Shown here piece after piece: positions 1 to 11,455 of a DNA stretch of 64,000 nucleotides. Every line of letters starts with the position of its first letter. The stretch's first letter is position 1. The translations under genes were made by a program, and so were the position numbers. The DNA is from Phormidesmis sp. (GTDB lineage Bacteria > Cyanobacteriota > Cyanobacteriia > Leptolyngbyales > Leptolyngbyaceae): positions 2,144,001 to 2,208,000 of the forward strand of contig CBDFJR010000005.1 of NCBI GenBank assembly GCA_965248535.1. Reading direction: 5' to 3'. A model generated the notes under the pieces. That model made no database searches. It was not told the origin of the DNA and worked only from the letters and a program-made list of their open reading frames with translations.

Positions 1-2
1 AG

Positions 3-404
3 CAAATTAGAATTTCTCGCACAGGGCTGGGCTGGATCTGTCGCAAGCGCAGCGGCCCCGATGAAGAAACCGCGAAAAGAATTGCTCAAGCTATTGGGAT
101 TGATATGACAAAAGTGGCGCGGCTGGTTTACGAAAACAAATTAGAGAATCTGGCTAACTTAGGCGGATTGCACTATCTCGCTAAACTCGAAAATGACCCC
201 GTGAAAAGACCGATTCCGATCGAGGATGCGATCGCGGGTCTAAATTCCGTTTTTCACGCTTTTCACTACGTCACCCGCAGCATTCCTGACGTAGAAAAGC
301 CGTCAGACTTTCAGATTTATAGACAATCATTTGAGGTTGTGAAAACTCAATTTCTTAAAAGCAAAAAAACTCTTAGACGACAAAAGATGCCAGATCTGAG
401 TTAA
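3..404 (+). CDS. XRE-family HTH protein, 5' end outside the window
   Basis: The frame of ORF 105..404 is open back to the window edge. It reads QIRISRTGLGWICRKRSGPDEETAKRIAQAIGID, which resembles an XRE helix-turn-helix. Confidence 0.6.
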   Translation, partial: QIRISRTGLGWICRKRSGPDEETAKRIAQAIGIDMTKVARLVYENKLENLANLGGLHYLAKLENDPVKRPIPIEDAIAGLNSVFHAFHYVTRSIPDVEKPSDFQIYRQSFEVVKTQFLKSKKTLRRQKMPDLS

Positions 405-506
405 CTCGCCGCCGTCGATCGCTGCCCACCGCTCTCAACCTCCCTGAAACAGAGAGTATCATTGCAATAATTACTCGTTTATGCGGGCGGCAGGGAGAAT
501 CGTAAG

Positions 507-3500
507 ATGAAATCTCGTCAAACTGAGCAGCTTTTTGCTGGCAGCGGTGAGATGGCGATGCGGATGCGATCGCACGACTGGTCAAAAACTTCATTGGGCG
601 CAGTCGAAACTTGGTCGCAGAGTTTGAAAACCGCCGTCCGCATTATGCTCACCTCTAGTCAGCCGATGTGGGTGTGGTGGGGTGAAGAACTGCTCAACCT
701 CTACAACGATTCCTATATCCCGATTATGGGAGGCAAGCACCCTGCCCTCTTTGCCAAGCCCGGCTCAGAAGTGTGGCGAGAAATTTGGGATGAGCTTTAT
801 CCCAGAGTTGAATCGGCAATGCTCAACAATGAGGGCACTTATGATGAGTCGATGCTGCTGATTATGGAGCGCAACGGCTACCCCGAAGAAACCTACTATA
901 CGTTTTCCTATAGCCCCATTCCCGACGATCAGGGCAACCCCGGTGGGATCATCTGTGCCAACACTGACGACACTCAGCGAATGCTCGGAGAGCGACAGCT
1001 AGCCCTCTTGCGAGAACTAGCAGCCCAGACGACCGATGCCCGAACCTTGGATGAAGCCTGCACCATGAGTGCAAAATGCTTAGAGACTAACCCCTATGAT
1101 CTCCCCTTTGCGCTGATTTATCTGGTCGAACCCGATCGCCAGCAGGCTGTTTTGGTCGCCACCAGCGGCATTAGTCCCCACCATGCTGCCGTTCCTCAAA
1201 CGGTCGATCTAGAAACCGATTTTGCTTGGTCATTGGCTGAGGTGATGCAAACCCAAAAGTCGGCGATCGCAGAGTTAGCCACCCAGGTTAGTGATCTGCA
1301 TGATTGGCCCACCGGAGCCTGGGATCGCGTCGCCCATCAAGCGGTGGTGATGCCCCTTGGCGCAAGGCGCAGCGCCGAAGGAGTCGCCCTTGCGGGATCA
1401 AGCGGGCAATCGGGAATGATGGTTGTGGGGTTAAACCCCCTCAGACTTTTTGACGACAACTACCGCAGCTTTCTCGATCTCGTCGCCGGACAAATCACCG
1501 CCACGATCGCCAACGCCAACGCCTATGAAGAAGAACGCAAACGGGTTGAAGCCCTCGCCGAACTCGATCAAGCCAAAACGTTATTTTTCACCAACGTCTC
1601 TCACGAGTTTCGCACCCCGCTGACGCTGATGCTGAGTCCGTTAGAAGAACTTGCTAGGACGCTTGATGATCGCTTGCAGCCTGACGAACGAGAACAGTTA
1701 GATCTGGTGCAGCGTAACGGGTTGCGATTGCAGAAGTTAGTCAATATGCTGCTTGATTTTTCGCGAATCGAAGCCGGACGCATGCAGGCGGTTTATGAAC
1801 CGATTGATCTGTCTACCTACACAGCCGAACTCGCCAGCGCTTTTCGATCGCTGATTGAGCAGTCGGGGCTGTCGCTCAACGTTGAGTGCCCGCCCTTGCC
1901 CGAAGCGGTGTTTGTCGATCGCGAGATGTGGGAAAAAATCGTTCTCAATCTGCTATCAAACGCATTCAAATTTACATTCACTGGAGCGATCACGGTGCGA
2001 TTGCGGTGGTTAGAAAACCGGGTTGAACTCAGGGTTTTAGACACCGGGGTTGGCATCGCCTCTGACGAGGTGCCGCATCTGTTTGAGCGCTTTCATCGGG
2101 TCGAAAACTCCCAAGGTCGCAGTTTTGAAGGCTCAGGCATTGGTCTATCTCTCGTGCAAGAACTTGTCAAACTCCACGGCGGCACGATCGTGGTTTCTAG
2201 TACCTTTGGGCAAGGCAGTTGCTTTACGGTTTCCATTCCCACCGGAACGGCGCACTTGCCGCCTGAGCAGATTCGGGCTAGTCACACCTTAGCGTCAACG
2301 GCGATCGGGGTGATGCCCTTTGTCGAAGAAGCTCAACGGTGGTTGCCTCATGGCGAACAGGATGCCCTCACGATCGATCAGAGCGTTCCACCCTCCCTAG
2401 TGTCTCAAAGCCGCATTGCCTCACCCGTCCCACGGCCTCCGCAGGCTCACATTTTGCTGGCAGATGACAACGCCGATATGCGCGACTACATCCAGCGATT
2501 GCTTCAGGGTGCTTATACGGTTCAAACCGTTGCCGATGGCAGGGCCGCTTTGACGGCCATTCAAACTCGCCTCCCTGATCTGGTCTTGACTGATGTGATG
2601 ATGCCCAAAATGGATGGGTTTGAGTTGCTGCGCTGGCTGCGGTCTAACGCCACCACTCAAGAGATTCCGATCATTCTATTATCGGCCCGCGCAGGCGAAG
2701 AATCTCGCATTGAAGGGCTAGAAGCCGGAGCCGATGACTATCTGATTAAACCGTTCTCAGCGCGAGAACTGCTGGCGCGAGTCGAAGCAAGTTTGAAGCT
2801 GGCTCAGTTAAGACGGGAGGCGACTGAGCGAGAGCAAACCATCTTGAAGCGCGTCACCGATGCGTTTGCGGCGCTAGATCTCGATTTTCGCTTTACCTAT
2901 GCCAACGAAGCCGCTCAACAACTGTCGCAAACGCCCTTGTCAGCCCTATTGGGCAAAACGATCTGGGAAGCATTTCCCGCGACGATCGCGACTCAGTTTG
3001 AGGTGCAATATCGCCGATCGCTAACGGAGCAGATTGCGGTGGAATTTGAAGACTATTATGCTCCTCTTGACTTGTGGGTTGAGGTTCACGCTTATCCGTC
3101 TCCCACGGGGTTGTCTATTTTCGTTCGAGATATCAGCGATCGCAAGCGCGTCGAATCGGTGCGTCTGCGTCTAGCCGAAGAACGCGAACAACTCCTGCAC
3201 CGCGAACAAGCCGCCCGCGAACAAGCCGAGACGGCCAACCGCATCAAAGACGAGTTTCTAGCCGTGTTATCACACGAACTTCGCACTCCCATGAATCCGA
3301 TTTTGGGCTGGTCGAGTCTGCTGCGTCAGGGCAGGTTAGACCCTGCAAAAACCACTCAGGCGGTGACCATCATTGAGCGCAACGCCAAACTCCAGGTGCA
3401 ACTGATCGATGACTTGCTGGATATTTCTCGAATTTTGCGCGGCAAGCTAGTGCTGAATATGTTTCCGGTTGATCTAAACTTCGCCATTAGTGCGGCGTTA

Positions 3501-4379
3501 GAAACGGTGCGGTTAGCGATCGATGCAAAAGCGATCAATCTACAAACTCAGCTAGACCGAACTATAAAAACCGTAATGGGCGATGTGGGGCGGCTCCAGC
3601 AAGTGATGTGGAATCTGTTGTCAAATGCCGTCAAGTTCACGCCTACTGGGGGGCAGATCACCGTAGTGCTCAAGCAAGTCGGAGCCACCGCCCAGATTCA
3701 AGTCATCGACACGGGCAAAGGCATTCATCCTGATTTTTTGCCCTATGTATTTGAGCATTTTCGTCAAGAAGATGCCGCTACAACGCGAAAATTTGGCGGG
3801 CTGGGGTTAGGGCTGGCGATCGTGCGCCAAATTGTCGAGATGCACGGTGGGCAGGTAGAGGTTGCCAGTCAAGGCGAAGGACTCGGCACCACTTTTACAG
3901 TCAAGATTCCCCTTCGAGATCATTCAGACTTGACGGCTGACGATCGGGCCCGGTTGGGTGATTCACCGATCGCCGATCAGCACTCACCGCTAGCAGGTCG
4001 CCACATTCTTGTCGTGGATGATGAGGCAGATTCTTTAGAGCTAATTGGGTTTGTCCTAGAGCAAGCGGGCGCGATCGTCAGCCTTGCGCCGTCGGGCATC
4101 GCCGCCCTACAGTCGCTTACCCCTGCGGAGAAGGGCCTAGCCGTTTTTGACCTAATTGTGAGCGATATTGGGATGCCAGAAATGGACGGTTATCATCTGA
4201 TGCAGCAGATTCGGCAGCTAGAGCTAGCCCGGCCTATGCCCGCGATCGCTCTAACGGCCTATGCGGGAGAACTGGATCAACAACACGCGATCGCTGCTGG
4301 GTTTCAACGCCACTTAATCAAACCGATCGAGCCTGATGAGTTGGTGAAAACTATCACGGATTTGCTGCGATCAAAGTAA
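507..4379 (+). CDS. Hybrid sensor histidine kinase (PAS/GAF-HisKA-HATPase-REC-PAS-HisKA-HATPase-REC)
   Basis: Two H-boxes ([16 protein letters not shown]), two NAxKF/GxGLGL ATPase motif sets and two receiver domains (LADDNAD..DVMMP, VVDDEAD..DIGMP). Confidence 0.95.
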   Translation: MKSRQTEQLFAGSGEMAMRMRSHDWSKTSLGAVETWSQSLKTAVRIMLTSSQPMWVWWGEELLNLYNDSYIPIMGGKHPALFAKPGSEVWREIWDELYPRVESAMLNNEGTYDESMLLIMERNGYPEETYYTFSYSPIPDDQGNPGGIICANTDDTQRMLGERQLALLRELAAQTTDARTLDEACTMSAKCLETNPYDLPFALIYLVEPDRQQAVLVATSGISPHHAAVPQTVDLETDFAWSLAEVMQTQKSAIAELATQVSDLHDWPTGAWDRVAHQAVVMPLGARRSAEGVALAGSSGQSGMMVVGLNPLRLFDDNYRSFLDLVAGQITATIANANAYEEERKRVEALAELDQAKTLFFTNVSHEFRTPLTLMLSPLEELARTLDDRLQPDEREQLDLVQRNGLRLQKLVNMLLDFSRIEAGRMQAVYEPIDLSTYTAELASAFRSLIEQSGLSLNVECPPLPEAVFVDREMWEKIVLNLLSNAFKFTFTGAITVRLRWLENRVELRVLDTGVGIASDEVPHLFERFHRVENSQGRSFEGSGIGLSLVQELVKLHGGTIVVSSTFGQGSCFTVSIPTGTAHLPPEQIRASHTLASTAIGVMPFVEEAQRWLPHGEQDALTIDQSVPPSLVSQSRIASPVPRPPQAHILLADDNADMRDYIQRLLQGAYTVQTVADGRAALTAIQTRLPDLVLTDVMMPKMDGFELLRWLRSNATTQEIPIILLSARAGEESRIEGLEAGADDYLIKPFSARELLARVEASLKLAQLRREATEREQTILKRVTDAFAALDLDFRFTYANEAAQQLSQTPLSALLGKTIWEAFPATIATQFEVQYRRSLTEQIAVEFEDYYAPLDLWVEVHAYPSPTGLSIFVRDISDRKRVESVRLRLAEEREQLLHREQAAREQAETANRIKDEFLAVLSHELRTPMNPILGWSSLLRQGRLDPAKTTQAVTIIERNAKLQVQLIDDLLDISRILRGKLVLNMFPVDLNFAISAALETVRLAIDAKAINLQTQLDRTIKTVMGDVGRLQQVMWNLLSNAVKFTPTGGQITVVLKQVGATAQIQVIDTGKGIHPDFLPYVFEHFRQEDAATTRKFGGLGLGLAIVRQIVEMHGGQVEVASQGEGLGTTFTVKIPLRDHSDLTADDRARLGDSPIADQHSPLAGRHILVVDDEADSLELIGFVLEQAGAIVSLAPSGIAALQSLTPAEKGLAVFDLIVSDIGMPEMDGYHLMQQIRQLELARPMPAIALTAYAGELDQQHAIAAGFQRHLIKPIEPDELVKTITDLLRSK

Positions 4380-4526
4380 GTCCAGCATTTCGCGACTCAT
4401 GATCAGGGACAATTTCTTGCCGGAAAGCCACGATCGCTTGCAGCTTTGGTCGAACCATGAGCTTTATAGACCTCGTGCATGAATAGAATTTTAGAGTAAA
4501 CTTGCGCTGCGTTGAGTTCTGTTTGT

Positions 4527-4606
4527 GCCCCCTAAATCCCCCATTCTGGGGGACTTTGAGCCAAGTTCTGATTTCAAAGTCCCCCAGAATGGGGGATTTA
4601 GGGGGC
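4527..4606. repeat. Perfect 33-bp inverted repeat with a 14-nt spacer
   Basis: gccccctaaatcccccattctgggggactttga (4527-4559) and its exact reverse complement (4574-4606), lying between convergent genes. Confidence 0.9.
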
Positions 4607-4670
4607 GTTCCTAGATTCGTGGAGGAGGTTTTATACCAATTTGATTTGTGAATGCGACAGATCCGCACGA

Positions 4671-4862
4671 GGGCACGGCAGTGCCATGCCCGTACAAAAA
4701 GCGTAGGGGCATGGCATGCCGTGCCCCGTCGGATTGAACGATCAGTCGCAATTGCATCCGAAATTGGGGCACGGCAGTGCCATGCCCGTACAAAAAGCGT
4801 AGGGGCATGGCATGCCGTGCCCCGTCGGATTGAACGATCAGTCGCAATTGCATCCGAAATTG
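4671..4862. repeat. Two 96-bp tandem copies, each carrying an inverted pair of REP-like palindromes
   Basis: 4671-4766 equals 4767-4862. Each copy has gggcacggcagtgccatgcccgtac-aaaaagc-gtaggggcatggcatgccgtgcccc. Confidence 0.9.
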
Positions 4863-5860
4863 GTATTATGATCAGCCAAAAAATCGCCAACCCGATTCCA
4901 CACTTGATCTACAAGATCAGAACGATCGGCATCAAACCATTCAATGCTAGAGTCTGCCCGAAACCAAGTCCGCTGTCGTTTAGCAAATTGACGAGTGTGC
5001 AGCACAATCAACTTTTCGGCTTCTGAGAGAGAACTATCACCCTTCAAATATTGCTTCATTTCGCCATAGCCCAGCGTGTTTAAGAGCGGTAAATCTTCGC
5101 CATATTTTTTGCACAGCATTTTCACCTCCGTTTCAAATCCCATTTCCAGCATTTGTCGGGTGCGTTGCTCAATGCGCCGATCGCTTGCCTCGACATTTTC
5201 ACAATCCAACCCGATCTGAAGAATCGGATAACTCGGCGGATATTCGCCCTGTTGCTCGGTGATCGGGCGACCCGTGACGTAATAAACCTCTAGCGCTCTC
5301 AGCGTTCTCACCTGATCGTTGGCGTGAATTCGGTCAGCAGACTCCGGATCGACCTGCCGCAGGAATGAATAGAGTTGAGGTTGCCCCAAGGTTTTAAGCT
5401 GCGATCGTAGCTCCATCTGCGGCGCAACTCTAGGGATCTTAAGACCCCGCACGATCGACTTTATATAGAGTCCTGTGCCGCCTACCAAAAGTTTAGATCC
5501 AGGGGTTTGAATGATTGACTGCGCTAGCCCTTGATATTGGGCGAGAGTCAGAGTCTCGATCGGGTCGCAAATATCAATCAAATCGTGAGGAACCAGCGCT
5601 TGTTCTAAAAGAGTCGGTTTGGCTGTTCCGATGTTAAACTCTCGATACACTTGACGAGAATCGGCGCTGATAATCCTTGCATTGAGCCGCTGGGCTAGAG
5701 AAGCCGCCAAGCTAGACTTCCCCGTTGCCGTGGCTCCACACACTATAATGAGAGATGGTACAGATGTATTAAATTCTGAAAAGATGCGATCGGAACTGAC
5801 TTCTTCAGGCAAAATAAGCTGATCCATCCCTCTAATAAACTTGGCTTGATAGTGGCTCAA
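4838..5860 (-). CDS. miaA: tRNA dimethylallyltransferase (true start may be further downstream)
   Basis: GATATGKS P-loop, SADSRQVY, GGTGLY and AKRQRTWF motifs. Confidence 0.95.
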   Translation of the reverse strand: MSHYQAKFIRGMDQLILPEEVSSDRIFSEFNTSVPSLIIVCGATATGKSSLAASLAQRLNARIISADSRQVYREFNIGTAKPTLLEQALVPHDLIDICDPIETLTLAQYQGLAQSIIQTPGSKLLVGGTGLYIKSIVRGLKIPRVAPQMELRSQLKTLGQPQLYSFLRQVDPESADRIHANDQVRTLRALEVYYVTGRPITEQQGEYPPSYPILQIGLDCENVEASDRRIEQRTRQMLEMGFETEVKMLCKKYGEDLPLLNTLGYGEMKQYLKGDSSLSEAEKLIVLHTRQFAKRQRTWFRADSSIEWFDADRSDLVDQVWNRVGDFLADHNTNFGCNCD

Positions 5861-5954
5861 AATCGCTTATAAGCCTTTTGTGTTAAAATTTTTATAGATT
5901 CTGTCCTCTGAATCCATTAGAGAGTTTCAGACCGCCCAAGGGAGCGCTTCAACT

Positions 5955-7895
5955 ATGACGACAAATTACGGTGCTGATCAGATTCAAGTCCTCGAAGGTC
6001 TTGAGCCTGTTCGGAAGCGACCGGGAATGTATATCGGCACCACAGGGCCACGAGGACTTCACCACCTAGTTTACGAGGTTGTAGACAACTCGGTTGACGA
6101 AGCGCTGGCGGGCTATTGCAAAAACATTCAAGTTGCCCTCAACGAAGACGGCTCGGTGTCAGTCACAGACGACGGGCGCGGCATTCCGACCGACATTCAC
6201 CCGCGCACGGGCAGGTCAGCCCTTGAGACGGTGATGACCATCCTCCACGCAGGCGGCAAGTTTGGCGGCGGTGGCTATAAAGTCTCTGGCGGTTTGCACG
6301 GGGTCGGCATCTCGGTGGTTAACGCCCTGTCTGAGTGGGTTGAGGTGACGGTTTGGCGCGAGAAAAAAGTTCATACCCAGCGCTTTGAGCGCGGCATCGC
6401 CATCGGCGAACTGAAGAGTAAGCCCAGCCCTGAGCCGACGCGCACCGGAACCTCGGTTTCGTTTTTGCCCGACACGACGATCTTTTTGGGTGGAATTGAG
6501 TTTGACTATGCCACGATCGCCGGACGGCTCCGCGAACTCGCCTACCTCAACGGTGGCGTGAGAATCACCTTCACCGACAGCCGCCCCGCCTCCCTCGAAG
6601 ACGGACAGCCCCACGTCGAACTCTTCTTCTATGAAGGCGGCATCCGCGAATATATCAGCTACATGAACCGCGACAAGCAACCTCTGCACGAGGAAGTGAT
6701 CTACGTGCAGGGTGAGCGCAATAACGTTCATGTCGAGGTTTCGCTGCAATGGTGTGTCGATGCCTACACCGATAATATTCTCGGTTTTGCCAACAACATT
6801 CGCACGATCGACGGCGGCACCCACCTCGAAGGTCTCAAAGCCGTCTTGACGAGAACGCTGAACGCGATCGCCCGCAAGCGCAACAAAATCAAAGAAGGAG
6901 AACCCAACTTAGCGGGGGAAAATATTCGGGAAGGACTGACGGGCGTGATCTCAGTCAAAGTCCCTGATCCCGAATTTGAAGGGCAAACCAAGACCAAGCT
7001 GGGCAACACCGAAGTTCGCGGCATTGTCGATTCTCTCGTCGGCGAAGTCTTGACCGAGTATCTACAATTCCGTCCGGCTGTATCGGATGCGATTTTAGAA
7101 AAAGCGATTCAGGCATTTAACGCTGCCGAGGCTGCAAGACGGGCGCGAGAACTCGTTCGTCGCAAGTCGGTTCTAGAATCATCAACTCTGCCCGGAAAGC
7201 TGGCAGACTGTGCCTCTCGCGACCCCAGCGAGTCAGAAATCTTCATCGTAGAAGGGGATTCTGCGGGCGGATCTGCCAAACAGGGGCGCGATCGTCGCTT
7301 CCAAGCCATCTTGCCTCTGCGGGGGAAAATTCTCAACATTGAGAAAACTGATGACTCCAAAATCTACAAAAATACCGAAATTCAGGCGCTGATCACGGCG
7401 CTGGGGTTGGGCATCAAGGGCGAAGAATTTGACTCGTCTCAACTGCGCTATCACCGCATTGTGATCATGACGGACGCAGACGTAGACGGCGCGCACATTC
7501 GGACGCTATTGTTGACCTTCTTTTATCGCTATCAGCGTTTGATGGTTGACCAAGGCTATATCTATATCGCCTGTCCGCCGCTCTATAAAATCGAGCGCGG
7601 GCGCAACCACTACTACTGCTATAGCGAACGCGAACGCGATGCGCGAATTGCAGAGTTTCCGGCCAACGCCAACTACACGATTCAGCGCTTTAAAGGTCTC
7701 GGTGAAATGATGCCCCAACAGCTTTGGGATACCACCATGAATCCTGAGACGCGCACCTTTAGACGGATTGAAATTGAGGATGCCGCCGAAGCCGATCGGG
7801 TGTTTACGGTGCTGATGGGCGATCGGGTGGCTCCGCGTCGTGAGTTTATCGAAACCTATGGCTCTAAGATGAATCTGGCAGACTTGGATATCTAA
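5955..7895 (+). CDS. gyrB: DNA gyrase subunit B
   Basis: [39 protein letters not shown] and QRFKGLGEM motifs. Confidence 0.98.
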   Translation: MTTNYGADQIQVLEGLEPVRKRPGMYIGTTGPRGLHHLVYEVVDNSVDEALAGYCKNIQVALNEDGSVSVTDDGRGIPTDIHPRTGRSALETVMTILHAGGKFGGGGYKVSGGLHGVGISVVNALSEWVEVTVWREKKVHTQRFERGIAIGELKSKPSPEPTRTGTSVSFLPDTTIFLGGIEFDYATIAGRLRELAYLNGGVRITFTDSRPASLEDGQPHVELFFYEGGIREYISYMNRDKQPLHEEVIYVQGERNNVHVEVSLQWCVDAYTDNILGFANNIRTIDGGTHLEGLKAVLTRTLNAIARKRNKIKEGEPNLAGENIREGLTGVISVKVPDPEFEGQTKTKLGNTEVRGIVDSLVGEVLTEYLQFRPAVSDAILEKAIQAFNAAEAARRARELVRRKSVLESSTLPGKLADCASRDPSESEIFIVEGDSAGGSAKQGRDRRFQAILPLRGKILNIEKTDDSKIYKNTEIQALITALGLGIKGEEFDSSQLRYHRIVIMTDADVDGAHIRTLLLTFFYRYQRLMVDQGYIYIACPPLYKIERGRNHYYCYSERERDARIAEFPANANYTIQRFKGLGEMMPQQLWDTTMNPETRTFRRIEIEDAAEADRVFTVLMGDRVAPRREFIETYGSKMNLADLDI

Positions 7896-7930
7896 GATTT
7901 GTCGGTTGCAAACTCAGTGACATTAGGATC

Positions 7931-7962
7931 AAAGCAGCTATCTTCAGAGGATGGCTGCTTTT
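7931..7962. terminator. Likely bidirectional intrinsic terminator
   Basis: Hairpin aaagcagctatctt-cag-aggatggctgcttttt between gyrB and the convergent gene. Confidence 0.7.
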
Positions 7963-7984
7963 TATGGTTAGAACGGATTAAGCC

Positions 7985-8245
7985 CTACTTCTGTTTCGAC
8001 TTGGGCGGCGATCGGTGGGCCCCAAAATATTTCTCACTGCGATAGCGCAGCCACACCCGCAGCACTTGCGGAATCTGCTCTTTTTGCTCTTTTGTCAGCG
8101 TGTTGTAGAGGGCTAATGCCCGCTCTCGCTCTCCCCGACAGGCAGCGTTATTGTGGGCATCCCAATAGCTGCGGGCAACTCGAATCCGCCGACAGACTTC
8201 TTTGACGAGCGCTTCTCCAGTGAGCGGATTCTCCTTTTTTGCCAT
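7985..8245 (-). CDS. Conserved small cyanobacterial hypothetical protein
   Basis: 86-aa ORF starting MAKKENPLTGEALVKEVCRRIRVARSYWDAHNN, co-oriented with the yqeG cluster. Confidence 0.7.
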   Translation of the reverse strand: MAKKENPLTGEALVKEVCRRIRVARSYWDAHNNAACRGERERALALYNTLTKEQKEQIPQVLRVWLRYRSEKYFGAHRSPPKSKQK

Positions 8246-8327
8246 ACTCAACTTTGGTCGCTTTTCTGCCCGATCGTAGCTTGTCAACGATCGCCTAGCC
8301 ACAATTCAAAAACACTGTCGCGCAGAA

Positions 8328-8852
8328 TCACGGCTTGTGCGGAGTCAAGGAGGCTCCTAGCATTTCAGACAGCCACACCTCAAAATTGTGAATTGGATAG
8401 CGTCGAACCGCTTCGGCCGGGTCTACCATCGGCTTGACCAAAACCGTAAACATTCCCAATCGGTTTCCTGCCAGCACGTCAGTAAACAAGCGATCGCCCA
8501 CCATTCCCACCTGATGAGGGGGTAGATTCATCCCCGCTAGGGCCCGTCTGAGTTTGCGACGCGACGGCTTTCCGGCCCCAACGATATAGGGCAGACGGAG
8601 CGGCTCGGCAATGCGCTTGATCCGCGCTTCGCTGATGTTGTTGCTGACCAACCAAAGTGTTGCCACCTGCTGAACCGCTTCAATCCACGGCTGTAGCTCT
8701 TCAGGAGCGTGAGCCGAGGTAATCGGCACAAGGGTTTCATCAACATCCAACACTAGCCCTTTGAGACCAGAACGGCAGATGATTTCGGGAGTCAAACTGA
8801 GAATGGAACTTTCTAAAATCAGGTCAGGTTGAAGGAGGTTGCCCCAAGACAT
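8328..8852 (-). CDS. yqeG: YqeG-family HAD IIIA phosphatase
   Basis: DVDETL motif I, LVSNN and GDRLFTD motifs; conserved position after mltG. Confidence 0.9.
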   Translation of the reverse strand: MSWGNLLQPDLILESSILSLTPEIICRSGLKGLVLDVDETLVPITSAHAPEELQPWIEAVQQVATLWLVSNNISEARIKRIAEPLRLPYIVGAGKPSRRKLRRALAGMNLPPHQVGMVGDRLFTDVLAGNRLGMFTVLVKPMVDPAEAVRRYPIHNFEVWLSEMLGASLTPHKP

Positions 8853-9006
8853 AAAACGCAGCCTATTGATAAGGGAATCTTAACTTAGTTGAACGAGTGC
8901 TCTGCTTAACTTCTATCTAGAGATAGAGATCGGTGTAGAGTAAAATATGATAGCAAACGTGTCTGCGATCGCTTCAAGACAGACCTCAAAGTCCACCCTC
9001 CCCTGT

Positions 9007-10116
9007 CTAATTTCCAGGTTTTTTACCCTTCTCTGGGCTGGTCGCTCGTTGAGTGTCGATCGTATCGCGAATCGTGCCCTGGGCTGATTCATGCTCTCCT
9101 AATGTGCGGCTAAAGACATGAGTGCCGTCATATTTCGCAACAAAATAGAGATAATTAGTAGCTTCGGGTTCCAACGTGGCTTTGAGACTAGCCACACCGG
9201 GGCTGGCGATCGGGGCTGGCGGCAGTCCCGCATTCACATAAGTGTTGTAGGGAGATGGCACTCTGACTTGCTCTAAGGTCAACGGCTGTTCTTTGGTCTG
9301 TTGAATGCCCAGAGCATACTCAACCGTGGGATCAGAGCCTAACGGAATGTTTTGCTTGAGGCGATTGATAAACACGCCCGCAATGCGAGGTCGTTCAGCA
9401 GAAACTACTGCCTCTTTTTCGACAATGCTGGCTAACGTCACCCACTGCGCGAGGGAAAATCGAGTCCGATCGCGGTCTCGATTATAAAGGGGTAACGCCA
9501 CCTGCTCAAAGCGATCGAGCATTTGGGTGATCACCTCAGTCGGCGTAACCTGCGCCCCCGCCGTGATCTGGTAAGTATCTGGGTAGAGAAAGCCCTCTAG
9601 GCTGGCAAAACCCGTTGGCAGCCAGGGATATCGCCCGGTTGGGAGTTGGCTTGCGGCCGTCAAAAAGTCTTGGGCTTTAAAGAACCCCTGCTGCTCAAAA
9701 TAGCTGGCCATCTGTCTCAGCGACCAGCCTTCAGGAATCGTAAAACTGCGTTGAGCGACTTCACCCTGCCAAATTTTTTGGGCGATCGCTTGCAGCGATT
9801 CGGTCGGCGATAGATTATAGTTCCCTGCCTGAAAGCCTCCGTCTGGGTGCTTCCACATCAGCCAGCGGGCCCACAGTTCCCACGCTTTTGCCGATTTAAT
9901 CAGCCCGGCGGTCTCTAAGTCGTGTCCAATCTGCTGGGCTGACGTTCCCGAAGGGATTTGCACCATGACCCGCTTGTCTGGCTGAGAGGTAGGCGCGATC
10001 GTCGGCGCACTGGCCCAACTCCACCAAGATTGTGCTTGCCAGGCTGACAGACCCACCGCCGAGCACATGATCAGCAGATAAAACGACCCTTTCGCAATTC
10101 GCTGGACAGCTTTCAT
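9007..10116 (-). CDS. mltG: Endolytic transglycosylase MltG
   Basis: N-terminal TM segment; TIPEG, LEGFLYPDTY, ASIVEKE, SDPTV and SPYNTY motifs. Confidence 0.95.
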   Translation of the reverse strand: MKAVQRIAKGSFYLLIMCSAVGLSAWQAQSWWSWASAPTIAPTSQPDKRVMVQIPSGTSAQQIGHDLETAGLIKSAKAWELWARWLMWKHPDGGFQAGNYNLSPTESLQAIAQKIWQGEVAQRSFTIPEGWSLRQMASYFEQQGFFKAQDFLTAASQLPTGRYPWLPTGFASLEGFLYPDTYQITAGAQVTPTEVITQMLDRFEQVALPLYNRDRDRTRFSLAQWVTLASIVEKEAVVSAERPRIAGVFINRLKQNIPLGSDPTVEYALGIQQTKEQPLTLEQVRVPSPYNTYVNAGLPPAPIASPGVASLKATLEPEATNYLYFVAKYDGTHVFSRTLGEHESAQGTIRDTIDTQRATSPEKGKKPGN

Positions 10117-10284
10117 GAGGATGCTCTGAATTGAACAGGTGGGCGATCGCCCCAGTCAGAACAAATAATCCACCCTCGATCGCTCCTAGTCAAGATTGAT
10201 TAGAAGTTCTGATACTCAAAACGGCGGCTTTAGGGACGCTCGATCAACCGCCCCCAAACGCCCCAGATCAAGCCTGACAGGAGG

Positions 10285-10881
10285 CTACTCCATATCGTCA
10301 AAGAGTTGATCTTCGATCATCGGCAGCATTGGCTCGATTTTTTTCAGTTCTTCCGGCGAGAGCAGGTGAGGTTGCCCGTCTTCATCCATTCTGGCCAGAA
10401 TGAAAAAGGGATCGAGCGGCGCATAGATGGCATACTCTTGCTCCTCGTGATAGAAACTAGACAGCAGTTGAAGCTCTTCTTGCTCGTCTTCTGAGTCAGA
10501 CTCAACGCCCGCCCACTCTTCTTCATCTTCTACAAAGTCGGGCAGATCGCCCTCAACGGTCAGCACGACGGCCGTGCGCTTTAGGGTTAGGTTTTGCTCT
10601 TCTAAAACCGCTCTAGCCGTCGGAAAGACTCGATTCAATTCTTCCTCGTCTTCGACTAAGACAGCTTCGTCCTCCTCGCCATCTTCTTGCCAAGCAAACA
10701 CTTCTACCGGAGAGTCTACTGGAAGCAGCAAGACATATTCTTGCTCTTCGACCTCTAGGGAGTGCTCGATGTAGCAGGTAAGGGTTAGCCCTGCCTCGTC
10801 GGTCAGGGTGACGGTGGGAGCATCCATATCAATGCTATCTTCATCCATTGGACTCTCTCTATCTTGATTCGACTTGGGCAT
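10285..10881 (-). CDS. DUF1292/DUF3727-type acidic protein
   Basis: Highly acidic, with YVLLLPVD and YAIYAPLDP motifs; lies between ruvX and mltG as in other cyanobacteria. Confidence 0.8.
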   Translation of the reverse strand: MPKSNQDRESPMDEDSIDMDAPTVTLTDEAGLTLTCYIEHSLEVEEQEYVLLLPVDSPVEVFAWQEDGEEDEAVLVEDEEELNRVFPTARAVLEEQNLTLKRTAVVLTVEGDLPDFVEDEEEWAGVESDSEDEQEELQLLSSFYHEEQEYAIYAPLDPFFILARMDEDGQPHLLSPEELKKIEPMLPMIEDQLFDDME

Positions 10882-10977
10882 ATTGATCCTTAGCGCGATC
10901 GCACTTAGCTCTCAGAAAAGTATCCCTCAGAATGGCACCTTCTCTAAAGAGTGCAGCGTAAAGGGGAAAGGTTTTGT

Positions 10978-11433
10978 TTACGCATTGTCTCTGGTTCGCT
11001 CTTTGAGTTTTCGTTCATCTAACCATTGTTGCAAAATAAGGGACGCTGCTTTGCGATCGATTAAGCCTTTATTGCGAGAAGGTGAAATATTTTCGGCGTG
11101 CAGCAGTTGCTCGGCCTGGTAGCTGGTCAACCGCTCGTCTACAAACTCGATCGGCAGATTCAGGGCATGAGAAATGGCTCTGGCAAACTTTTGCACTTGT
11201 TTAGCCTGAAACCCGATCGCTCCATCCATCGTGTAGGGCAGCCCAATCACAAGGGTTTGCACCCGACGATCGTCAATCATGGACTGCAATTCATCAATCA
11301 CTTGCTGAAATGATTTGCGCTCGATCGTCGTCAGCCCAGTTGCGATCAGCCCGGTGCCATCGCAGCCTGCCACCCCAATTCGCTTTTGCCCCACATCTAA
11401 GCCCAAGGCAGAGACAAACCCCATACTCTCCAC
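10978..11433 (-). CDS. ruvX: Holliday junction resolvase-like / pre-16S rRNA maturation nuclease YqgF
   Basis: LGLDVGQKRIGVA, VIGLP, VDERLTS and IDRKAA motifs. Confidence 0.95.
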   Translation of the reverse strand: MESMGFVSALGLDVGQKRIGVAGCDGTGLIATGLTTIERKSFQQVIDELQSMIDDRRVQTLVIGLPYTMDGAIGFQAKQVQKFARAISHALNLPIEFVDERLTSYQAEQLLHAENISPSRNKGLIDRKAASLILQQWLDERKLKERTRDNA

Positions 11434-11455
11434 CCATTAGTGTCTAAATAGCCAA

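Noticed and set aside
4671..4862. Possible CRISPR array
   Set aside because: Two fully identical 96-bp units with no unique spacers, and no cas genes in the window.
4354..5026. ORFs 4354..4890, 4611..4853 and 4652..5026
   Set aside because: They are translations of repeat DNA and overlap miaA.
6216..6824. Long antisense ORF within gyrB, and similar ones inside fusA, mnmE, hlyD and the NB-ARC gene
   Set aside because: These are shadow ORFs opposite conserved genes, with no recognisable motifs.
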